Assembly (NCBI GenBank): GCA_051294375.1
Contig: CM119270.1
Location: forward strand, 21,663,726 to 21,710,995
Direction: 5' to 3'
Origin: Paraspadella gotoi
Taxonomy: Eukaryota > Animalia > Chaetognatha
Length of the DNA: 47,270 bases
This document shows positions 11,986-22,890 of this stretch, piece by piece. The number at the start of each line of letters is the position of its first letter. Positions within the stretch are counted from its first letter, which is position 1. The notes under the pieces are model-generated. The model searched no databases. It saw only the letters and a list, made by a program, of their open reading frames with translations, and was not told where the DNA came from. A program made the position numbers and the translations under genes.

Positions 11986-11995
11986 TTTATTTATT
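11986..11995 (-). terminator. Candidate polyadenylation signal (overlapping AATAAATAAA) of the peptide-precursor gene
   Basis: Lies about 30 nt downstream of the TGA at 12026-12024 on the minus strand. The region is AT-rich, so specificity is limited. Confidence 0.4.
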
Positions 11996-12023
11996 GTTTA
12001 TCCCTCTCCATTTTCTACCCCCT

Positions 12024-12092
12024 TCAAGCTTTCTTCCCTATCCCACTCAAAGGTTCCGGCGTCGACAGTTCAGTCTCGTATAAGTCCTTTGC
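12024..12092 (-). CDS. Second peptide copy AKDLYETELSTPEPLSGIGKKA*, out of frame with the upstream ORF
   Basis: Aligns ungapped over 22 codons with 12246-12181. 10 substitutions, 6 synonymous, and the G-K-basic amidation/cleavage signal is retained. Confidence 0.55.
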   Translation of the reverse strand, partial: AKDLYETELSTPEPLSGIGKKA

Positions 12093-12096
12093 TTCT

Positions 12097-12789
12097 CTAT
12101 CCCTCTCTCTCTCCCTCTCTCTCTCCCTCCCTCTTTCCCTCCCTCTCCCCCTCTCCCTCTCCCTCTTCCACTCCCCTCCTCGCTCTCTTCCCAATCCCGC
12201 TCAAAGGTTCCGGCGCCGACAGTTCAGTCTCGTCCAAATCCGTCGCCTTCCAAAATGGCGGAGGATCCAAGAAGACGATGGAGGAAGACTGATCAGAGCC
12301 GCCATCTGTAACGCGAGGGACGCCGCTTAAAAACGCCGCTAGAGGTGAAGGGAGACGGTGACGGTGGGCGCGGCGTAGAGCGGGGGAAAGGGGGAGCTGG
12401 TGGAAGAATCGCGACCGGAAGTGAGGTCCGGCGTGGCGACGTCGTTGTTGGGGAGATGGATCGAAAGCGGCGTCGTGTGAGGGCGCCTCGGCATCGGGAA
12501 AGGAAAGCCGCGTGAGAAGTCGGCGTCGTGTTGGAGGAGGAAGAGACGACAACGACGACGACGCCGGGTCAGTTCGTGAGGCGTCGGCGGCGCCGGTTTC
12601 GTCGTCGGATGGAAATCTTTGCGTCAAACGGCGCCAAAATCTCATGGCGGCGTCGTCGGCGGCGTCATATCCAAGATGGCGCTCGTTCGGCGGATTAGAG
12701 GAGACGCCGACGACGAGGAAGAGGAAGAGGAAGAGGAAAAAGACGAGGAGACGAGAAGGAGAAGAGGAGGAAAGGAGGAAGGAAGACAT
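12097..12789 (-). CDS. Putative secreted neuropeptide/peptide-hormone precursor (amidated ...PEPLSGI-NH2)
   Basis: CAAAATG start context and a splice acceptor TTTCTCCCTAG ending at 12812, 22 nt upstream of the ATG. N-terminal hydrophobic stretch ending VVGVSS|N. About 500 bp of non-repetitive GC-rich open frame with several RR/RRR sites, a G-K-R amidation site and an acidic spacer. Confidence 0.7.
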   Translation of the reverse strand: MSSFLLSSSSPSRLLVFFLFLFLFLVVGVSSNPPNERHLGYDAADDAAMRFWRRLTQRFPSDDETGAADASRTDPASSSLSSLPPPTRRRLLTRLSFPDAEAPSHDAAFDPSPQQRRRHAGPHFRSRFFHQLPLSPALRRAHRHRLPSPLAAFLSGVPRVTDGGSDQSSSIVFLDPPPFWKATDLDETELSAPEPLSGIGKRARRGVEEGEGEGEREGKREGEREGEREG

Positions 12790-12983
12790 TTTGTCTTTGG
12801 CGATTGGAAATCTAGGGAGAAATATTTAAAGAAATTTGACTTTGGTAATGTAAGATTAATAGTTAAAATAGTGTTTATTATTATCCTTAATGTGGCTGTT
12901 ATCCCAAGTTAGTGTGCCTGGTGGGAGTTAACAGCCTGTTAGTTAACCAAGTCGAAAAGCTTATGGGAGAATAGAACTTCCCA

Positions 12984-13030
12984 GGGCTCGAACCCGGGTC
13001 TCATTACTATATAACCGCGTTTAGGTCAGT
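12984..13030 (-). mobile_element. B-box-containing tRNA/SINE fragment in the putative first intron
   Basis: CCCGGGTTCGAGCCCTGGG on the minus strand (B box 12995-12984). Confidence 0.35.
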
Positions 13031-13158
13031 TAAATATTTTTTCTACGGGTAATGATATCACATCACTAAGATTTTATTAATTAATTGATTTACAATCACT
13101 TAACCAAGCTTTGTTACTTTATTTCCTGAGAAAAAAATTAATTTTCTGCTTCGCTCAC

Positions 13159-13341
13159 CTTTTAGATTTAATGATTTCGTGGGTTTCGTCCCTTTTTCTC
13201 GCCTTTTTTTACGGCGAAATACGACGAATCGACGACGAAATACGACGAATTACGGCGAATCGCCTTTTGAATACTAATGACCCGCGTAATAACGTGTTGA
13301 AGAATCCGTGTGAGTTTTCTATTTTTGTCACAAGATTTATA
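13159..13341 (-). promoter_or_regulatory. Putative core promoter and non-coding exon 1 of the peptide-precursor gene
   Basis: Minus strand: TATAAAT at 13341-13335, initiator-like TCACAC (~13312) and TCATTAGT (~13280-13273), and donor AAAG|GTGAGC at 13159/13158. This gives a 347-bp GT-AG intron 13158-12812. Confidence 0.45.
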
Positions 13342-14243
13342 TCGCGTCGAAGGATTTATTTAGATTTTCTCACGTCGAAGATTTTTTCGGTTAATTTTAT
13401 TTTTTGCCGATAGAGTTGCCGAGAAAAAATCCGTGTAAAGTTTCGAGAGATTCGCCGGAACTTCTGCCGAGTCCACAAACAGGAGGCGTACGGACAAGTT
13501 GTACGGTATTCACTATGCAAGTTCGGTCATGTCAGTCGACTCCTAGGACGGACAATCTCTTCAGGCGCTGTCGTACAAAGACCGTCTCTGCCCGGCCGAT
13601 CGTACCGTGACCCTCATTTCGTCGAAAGTCAGTACAATACGTCGGTACTTTTCACTCATGAATCAATTCACGGATATTTATGAATAAAATGACTCCTTCC
13701 TTTCTTCCAGAGTTCGTTCATTCGTTCACTCGTCCGTTCACTAGTTCGTTCAACCACTTCTGTCTCTGTCTCTGTCTCACTCTTTCTCGCGTCTATTTTT
13801 TTTTCCACTGTCTCCCTCTCTGTCGTGTTCCTATCGAGGAAATTGATTTCTCGACCACAACAGAAAAACCATAACAAGGATTCTGGAAAAAAAATGAGGA
13901 AAAATATTATTATTGTTTATTTTTTAATTTGATAGTTTGGATTTTTTTTATGTTGTGATTTAGCGAACGGCAGATAGCATGAAGCTAATGACGAGGAGCA
14001 GATGGAAAAGGGTGATAGTGAGTGGCAAATCTTGTGGAAGGAGGCTGGGAGCGAGTGGCAGATGGCGGATGGCAAGGAAAAACGATTCGCGATTACTGAG
14101 AAATTGTTTTGCTTTTTAAAAAAATTATGAGGCTTAAGTGAGTGAATTTTTTTTCTCGTGAAATTCAAAAAAAATATCGATGAAAATTTAAATAAAATAT
14201 AGAATAGGAGTAATTAATTCCCGAGGAAAGGGAAAGTGTAACA

Positions 14244-14300
14244 ACTGGAATCGAACCCGCGACGGAAGGTTGTCACGAGATGATTTAGCCAGTTTCGCTA
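14244..14300 (-). mobile_element. tRNA-like (Pol III A/B box) SINE head or tRNA pseudogene
   Basis: Minus strand TAGCGAAACTGG (14300-14289) and GGGTTCGATTCC (14258-14247) at tRNA-like spacing. No intact acceptor or anticodon stems. Confidence 0.5.
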
Positions 14301-14869
14301 AAAAGGAGAACGTCGGCTTTATGTGAGAACTTAGTGAAAATACGTTTAAGAGAGTCTATTTTGTGAATCGATGTTAAATTGAATTACGTTTATGATTGAA
14401 TGCATGACTCTAATCACGGGTTTAGAAAAAATGAATTTATATCGATTTTTGACAAAAAAATCGATTATTGAAAACATCGAAAAATCAATGTTCGACATTA
14501 AAAAAAAATATTATTTGAAAACAACGGAAAAAAATTAAAATTACACAAAGTAATTATTCCATTCGCTATTCTCTCTCACCACGAAGCCGTAATATTTCTG
14601 TTTTATGTTTTATAATTCGTGTTATTATTAATATTAGTATTAAAATTTAGATTTAAGGGTAAAGATAGGTTTAAGAATTCGTTTTTCTGTAAGAGTTTGG
14701 GGTAAATTTAGAAATTAATGTTAAGAATTAATGTTGTTGTATGAAAGCTTTTTTTTATGTTGAAATTTTTAGAACATAAGAATTTTGAGTTACAGATTAA
14801 AGTATCTTGAATTAATATTAATAAAGATCTGTGATATGAGTTTTGTTATTTATTGTTGAGTATCTTGAT

Positions 14870-16106
14870 TATATCTAATAAAATTGGATTAGAGTATTTG
14901 ATCAATATTATAAAATTGGGATTAGAGTATATTTGATAATGATTAGATAAATTGGATTAGAGTTTGTTATATTAATATTGGATTGAGTATTTGTATTTTA
15001 ATATTGATTGAGTATTTGATTAATTATTAATAAATTGGATAGGTATTTGATTAATTTAATAGAAAAATTGGATTAGAGTATTTGATTAATATTAATAATT
15101 GGATAGAGTATTTGATAATACTAATAAAATTTGGAATTAGAGATATTTGATAAATATTAATAAAATATGGATTAGAGTATTTGATTTAATATTAAATAAA
15201 ATTGGAGCTTAGACAGTATTTGGATTAATATTAATAAAATTGGATTAGAGTAATTTTGATAATATTAATAAAAATTGGATTAGAGTAATTTGATTAGATA
15301 TTAATAAAAATTGGATTAGAGTATTTGAAGTTATATATAAATAAAATTGCGATTTAGATGGGCTATCTTTTGATTTAATATTAATAAAATTGGAATTAGA
15401 GTATTTTGATTACATATTTAATTAAAATTGGATTAGAGTATTATAGATTAACATATTAATAAAATTGGGATTAGCGAGTATTTGATAAATATTAATAAAT
15501 TGGATTCACGGAGTATATTGATAAATGATTAATAAAAATTGGATTAGAGTATTTGATAAAATATTAATAAAATTGGATTAGACGTATTTGACTAAATATA
15601 AATAAAATTGGATTATAGAGTATTGATTAATATTAATAAAATTGGATTAGAGTATGTTGATAAATAATTTAATAAAATTGGATTAGAGTATTTGTAATTT
15701 AATAAAGATGTGGATTTAGAGTATCTTGATTAATATTAAATAAAATTGGATTACGAAGTATTTTGATAAAATATTAATAAAATTTTGGATTAGAGTGATT
15801 TGTAAATATTAAATAAAATTGGATTAGAAGTATTTGATTAAGTATTAATGAAAGATTGCGAATTAGAGTATTGGTGATTAATTATTAATAAATTGGATTA
15901 GAGTATTTGAATAAATATTAGAGGTAAATTGGATTAGTAGTATTTGATTAATATTAAGAGAGAATTAGGATTAGAGTATGAATTGATTAATATTAATAAA
16001 ATTGGATTAGAGTATTTGATTAATATTAATAAAAATTTGATTAGAGTATTGATTAATATTAATGGAGAATTGGATTAGAGTATGATGAGATAAATAGTTA
16101 ATAAAA
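14870..16106. repeat. ~33-bp AT-rich minisatellite (TTAATATTAATAAAATTGGATTAGAGTATTTGA)
   Basis: More than 30 tandem units with scattered single-base indels. Confidence 0.95.
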
Positions 16107-16201
16107 TCGTGGAGCCTCTTCGGCATCGAGATGAATTTTTTTCCCAAAAATCACGAATTTCTACGAAAACGACGAAATTTATATTTTCTCTCGGGAGATT
16201 T

Positions 16202-16275
<74 letters not shown>
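16202..16275. repeat. (TCG)n microsatellite
   Basis: Directly visible. Confidence 0.97.
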
Positions 16276-16276
<1 letters not shown>

Positions 16277-17497
16277 TTTTGGCCCGATCCTCTTCCTACA
16301 CAGCAAACCTTTACAGTTGTACGGCGTACAGTGTGGAAATGTTTTAATGTAATGTTTATATTTTAATAAATATTTTAATATTTTATACTTTAAATTTTAT
16401 TATTATATGAATTAGTTACACTTCCTGTCATTATCATTCCTTTCCTTTTTTCCTTTCTATCTTCTTTTCTTTCCTCCTTTCCTTTCTAACTTCTTTCCTT
16501 CATTCTTTCCTTTCCAAAAATAAAAAAAAATAAAAAAAATTTTACTATTCTATACTATTTTACTAGTCTAATCTTCCTTATTTGTTTTTTATAGTTTCCC
16601 CGGATTGGTTTATCAGTTGGTTTATTTTCATTTATATCTAAAATACTTTCAATTTAGGTAATACTACATCATTTTGATTAATACTTGGTAATAATGTAAT
16701 GTATTATAAGATATATACTAATTAGATAATGCATATGTTTCATACTGTTGTAGTCACATAAATACATACAAATGCTTCTTATGATCAGAATCAATACAAT
16801 TAAGAAGATCACTGGGAGGCAACACTTTGTACTAACCGGTTATTATTTTTTACTATTTTAATTAAAACCAGCCCCCCCAAAGAAAAAATAAAAAGTCGGA
16901 TTCTTGTGCCAACGAAAAGTTTGATCAACGTTGATTTCATTTTTTCATTAAAATTTTGGCGAAAAAAGAGAAAATTTTTTTTTTAAACAAAAATTACTTT
17001 TTTTTTAAAAGAAAATTGAAAAAAATTGTGTTCTTAATTACTTGGAGCGGCTTCTCTTATTTTACCTGCGGAAAAAAAAACAGATGGTTTCATTCTTTAT
17101 AATTCCATTAAAACTAATTTTTAAGGATATTTTAAAAAATAATTATGTAATTTTAATTTTTAGTTAAATAATATTTCGCGCTACTTTCTAAACGCTTCCG
17201 TTCGTCTGTTATTTTTTTACGTTTATATACGATTTACGTAATTATACAACGGTTCACTGTCATATGGATAGTTATGAGACAGCGATCAATCAGAAGATTG
17301 TGATAGCTATCGTCGATGCGTCGATAATTATCCCCGAAAGATCAGACAGTAGAAAGACTTAATTCAAAATCGCCGATCGACGTTTGTGATTTTGAAAAAC
17401 GGTTTATCGTTCGAAAGAGAGAGAGAGAGAAAGAGAGAGAGAAAGGGGAAGGAAACTAATTTTTCGATCTTTTTGGCTCCGCCCCCTTCTGTCCTTA

Positions 17498-17548
<51 letters not shown>

Positions 17549-17551
17549 TCT

Positions 17552-17583
<32 letters not shown>

Positions 17584-18073
17584 GCTCTCTCTCTCTCTCT
17601 TTATTCTACGTATTTCTCCTCTCCCCCTCTTCCTCTTACTTCTATCCTTATTGTCGACAAAAAAACCCAGAATTTAGTCGTAAATCGATTGATACAGATT
17701 TAAACATTAAAACCCTATGATTACTATACACCGGAGGGATTTAAAATAGTATTATTCATTTAATTAAATCGTTGCGACTAATATTAATTATTTATATATG
17801 TAAACATATATTAATATATTAATTCAAAACGTGAAGTGTTTTAGTTTCTTCGGAACCAAAATTGGAAATCTGCTTTAAGGTCAAACTTGACTTTTTTTCC
17901 TTCCAGCGAATTTACGATCCATAAAAGTCGCGTCAAAAATGAAAAGATTAAAAGAGAAGATTGTGTTTGCACAAAGTTATTGCGCGATTGCGATTCTGCT
18001 TGTAAACTTGGAAAGCAATGCTTGTCAACGTCTGGGGAAAAAAAAAGCCGCTCTTCAAACCTTGGCCTCCCAG

Positions 18074-18174
<101 letters not shown>

Positions 18175-19091
18175 GTCTCTCTTTGGCTCGACATCAAAGG
18201 CGGCCTGTCTGTGATTCGTGAGAGTTTTCAATGGATCCACAAATAGACTTCACGCATTTAACTTTTTTTCCTTTTGGAACGAATTTCTATCAAAAGCCAA
18301 CGTCACTATTCATGATTTACGATGTGAATCTCACGATTTATTTCTCACTCTGACTCAAAACTCACGAACTGAGATCTTAATTTCACTCTGTCTCATGAAT
18401 CACGGGCGAAGTTTCACGAAGAATAACCCGAGTGAGGTTGTGAGTGCATAGACTCACAAATTCGGAACTTGCGTGATCCACTGTATCATCGCAGAGGAAT
18501 GAAATCCGAAATTCGAAATCGGATCAGCGACTCGTGAGAAATTCGTCGGAAGCAGAATGGAAATCTTAACGTTCAGCGATTAAACTTTTTTCGTTAGCAT
18601 TTCTTGATATTGACCCTAAAAACTATTATTATTATTATTATTTTGCCATACTTGTTTGTTGGATCATGCTTGGTAATTATCAAGTAAGAAGATTGGGGGC
18701 CTTAAACCAGTATAGCCTGTCAAAATTAAAGGGCAAGATAGCTTATTTGGATAATTATTACGTTGGTTGTAGCAATTTCATATAATTTTTGTCCCCATGG
18801 CCCCATTAGATTGTTCAGTTCTATCGCCGGGGATGTAAGAAACCGACAAAGATGCCGTCAAAAGATGACAGATGCTGACATCAAAAGAGCCGCTCGTGTA
18901 AAGACTCGAGTTTTATGGGCGACGTTTTGAAAGATTCCATTTAAACGTTTCGGGGTGGTCGATAGAGAGAGAGAGAGAGAGANNNNNNNNNNNNNNNNNN
19001 NNNNNNNNNNNNNNNNNNNNNNNNNNNNNNNNNNNNNNNNNNNNNNNNNNNNNNNNNNNNNNNNNNNNNNNNNNNNNNNNNNNNNNNNNNN

Positions 19092-19124
<33 letters not shown>

Positions 19125-19256
19125 AGACCCCCCAAAAAGAGCCCGCCCCATAGATTCGTCCTCATGATTTTTCAGCGTAAAACGAAAAATCGAAAAATCG
19201 GAAGATGAAAGAAAAAAGGAAAAAAAGAAAAAATCCAGATTTTTCAAATCGATTAA

Positions 19257-19335
19257 CTTTTTAGAAACTCTATAAGTTACACTTCGGTCGGTCTGTCGGT
19301 CTGTCGGTCGGTCTGTCGGTCGGTCCGTCGGTCAA
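19257..19335 (+). mobile_element. Helentron/DINE-1-like non-autonomous element end
   Basis: TTTTTAG...CTCTATAAG followed by a (GTCG/GTCT/GTCC)n microsatellite, the usual arrangement at the 5' end of HINE/DINE elements. Confidence 0.4.
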
Positions 19336-19696
19336 GCCCACTTACGTTAAAATGCATATAATTTGCCTATAGTTGGTTGCTCTTTTGTTAAGACAAAAAC
19401 AACCCTCAAATCTAAGGGACTGCTAGAGCCGCCTTCAGAAAATCCTAAAACTAAAAAGAAATAAAAGACTGAATTTTGCGGCCGTGCATGTCATAAATAT
19501 ACGGGTTAAGAAAGTTATTGTAGTCATGTAGTCGTGTTATGTCACGTCATGTTATGTCAGGTTACGTCATATCATGTCACCAGAAATATATGTGATCAGG
19601 CAGTCATTGCGGCGCAACACATTTAAATTACCGTTCTTGTTTCTTTGTCGGTAAATTTTTTTTGTCGGTAAAAAGTTTTTTGATGACGAAAATCGT

Positions 19697-19802
19697 GAGG
19701 AGTGAGTGAAGAGTGAGGAATGAGGAGTGAAGAGTGAAGAGTGAAGAGTGAAGAGTGAAGAGTGAAGAGTGAAGAGTGAAGAGTGAGGAGTGAGGAGTGA
19801 GG
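19697..19802. repeat. (GAGTGAA/G)n heptamer repeat
   Basis: Directly visible. Confidence 0.95.
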
Positions 19803-19964
19803 ACTCCTCACTGAGGAGTCTTTATTTAATATCCGCCGATGAAATGATTTGAAATGGTGGCCGGGGAGGTGGGTCGGATGTTGACTGAAATAAGGGGGGT
19901 TGGTTGTGTTGTGAAAGATGTTCAAACTTCAAAGCGAAATTGGCGATTGCAAACGTGGTTGGGG

Positions 19965-22890
19965 CAAGGACGACGACGACGACGAGAAGAACCGGACGTA
20001 GCGACGAACCTTGTATCTGTTATTTTTTTGTATCGTACGAGACGAAGGAGACGTAAGACGACCGGCTACGACGACTGAACGACGAAGACGACGACGACGA
20101 CGACCGACGAATGCGACGACGGACGACGTAACGACGACGACGACCGGACGACGACGAGCGATGCGAAGGAACCGACCGACGAAGCTGACGTTATTCTATT
20201 TTTTTTTTTTTTGCGACGGTAAAGGACGCAAGAGAACGAACGAAAGAAACGACGACGAACGAGACGACCCGACCGAAAGGATCGAACGACGGACGAAGAA
20301 CGATCGACCGACGAAACAACGAACCGACCGAAGAAGAAGACGTACGAAGTTTATTTTCTAGACTTGTTTTACGATCCGTTATTCTTGAAAGGACGAAGAC
20401 GAACGAAGACGACGACTACGACGACGAAGGACGACGACGACGAAGACTGACGACATTAACGACGACGACGAGCGAAGGACGACACGACGAAGACGACCGA
20501 CGACCGAGCGACCGAAACGACGAGGGTTTTTTTTGTTTTTTTTTTTGTGAAGGACGATGACGACAGAAGAACGAACGACGACGGACGACGACGTGACGAC
20601 CGAAGGAAGACGACGACCGAGACGACGACGACGACGTACGGAACGCCGACGAAGGGACGGACGACGACGAAGACGATACGACGAAGACGACGACCGAAAG
20701 GAACGAAGAACGGAGAATGCGACGACCGAACGACGAACCGACCGACGAGGACCGAAAGACGAACGAAGAGCGACCGACGGAACCCTGACGACGATCGACG
20801 AAGACCGACAGACGACGAAGTATCGTACGACGTTATTCTCGTACTGACGGAAGGAAACGTATATGAACGACCGAAGATCCGACGACGGACGACGACGACG
20901 AACTGAAGGACACCGACGACGGTAAGAACGACGACGGACGATGACGACTGGACGACGAAGGGAACCGAAGACGACGAAAAAGGACCGAACACGAACGATG
21001 GAACTGAAGGCACCGGAAGACGACGACGAAAGACCGACGACGAGTACGGAAAGACAGGACGACGACGACCGACGACGAGCGAGAGGACGACGACAGACGA
21101 AGAAGCGACGACGACGAACGACGGACGAGCGAAGGAGATCGGAGAGACGACGAAAGAACGGACCGAGCGACGACGACGACCGGACGAAGGACGATGACGA
21201 CGAACGTACGGACGACCGAGAGGACGAAGATCGAACGAAGACCGACGGACGTACGACCTGACGACGACTGAAGGTACCCGAACGACGACGAAGAAACGAC
21301 GACGAACCTGACGACGACGACTGAAGGACGAAAGAAACGAGCGAAACGAAACGACGACCGACCGAAGGACGACGACTGACGAAGACGACGACACGAAGAC
21401 ACGACGACTGACGACGACCGACAAGGTCGACGACGACGATAGGACCGACGACGGAACCCGACGACGACGACGATAGGAAGACCGACGAACGAAGAACGGA
21501 GACGGAACGAGACAGACGAGAAGGACGAAGACAACGAAGACGACGAAACGAACTGTACGGACGAAGGGAACGAAGAAACCGTACGAAGACGACAGAACGA
21601 CGAACGACGACGAGAAACGACGGCGACGACGAACCGAAGGACCCGACGATCGACGAACGACGACGACGAAGGAACGTACGAGCGACGAAGACGGGCGACC
21701 GACGCACGACGAAGGACCGAAAGACGACGAAAGACGACGACGAGCGACGACGACGACGAAGGAAGACACGACGAAGAACGACGACGACGGACGACGAACG
21801 ACCGAAGGAGACGAACGGACCAAAAGACGAACACAGACGTACGACGACGACGGAGCAGACGAAGAACGGAAGACTCGACGACATGCGACACGATCGACGA
21901 GGACGTACGACGAAGGAAATCGAAGACGACGAACCGACGTACGAAGCGACCGGACGAAGAACCGACCGAACGAAAGGAACGACTGGACGAAAGGACGACG
22001 ACGATCGAACGAAGGAAGCGAGCGACGACGAAGACGACGACTGGACGATCGAGCGACGACCGAAGGACGAAGGACGACGAATTAACGACGCGACCAGAAC
22101 CGAAAACGACGACGACGATGAGGGATAGCGACTGACGAACGACGAGACGACGACGACGACGTACCGACGAGCCGAAAGGGGTACGAAAGGGACGAGAAGA
22201 ACGACGGACGTACCGACAGACTGAGATCGAAGGGGAACGAAGAACCCGAGCGAAGACGACGACGACGCACGACGATAGGACGAAAGACGACAAAGACGAA
22301 CGACGACGGACGACGAATCGAACGGAAGTGACGAAGACGAATTGAAGAACGACGGACGACGACCGAAAAACGGACGACGAAGGACGACGACGAGCGAAGG
22401 ACTGGACGACGACCGACGAACGACGAACCGAGGACGAAGACCGACGAGCCGACGGACGACGACGACGAACGGACGAAGACGATCGAAGAACGACGACGAC
22501 CACACCGAAGGATCGAAATGCGACGAAGACGACGACGACGACGACGAATCGTACGAAGGGACGACACGGAACGGAAGAAAGAACGACGACCGGACGACCG
22601 GTGACGACGGAAGAGGATAGCCGTAAGAACGACGAAAGAGCACGACGACGAAAACGACGAAGTGACGACGAAACGACGGACAGTAAGACGACGACGAGCG
22701 ACGACGAACGACGAGAAAGAACGTACGAAAGACGGCACCCGACTCGGAGCCGACGACCGACGAACCGAACAGACGGAACGAAAGGAGCGATAAGACGACC
22801 GAAGACGACGACGGACGACGACGACGACGAACGAAGGACGAAGACGGACGAACGAGCGGAACGGCGACCGACGTACGACCGACCCGACGA
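19965..22890. repeat. 3-kb degenerate (GAC/GAA/GACC)n satellite-like tract
   Basis: T-depleted GAC-based sequence on the + strand; source of the 754/694/455-aa pseudo-ORFs. Confidence 0.9.

Noticed and set aside
14870-16106. Regularly spaced ~33-bp repeats (also 24563-24958, 38610-39050) as CRISPR-like arrays
   Set aside because: Head-to-tail units with no unique spacers, no cas genes and a eukaryotic context.
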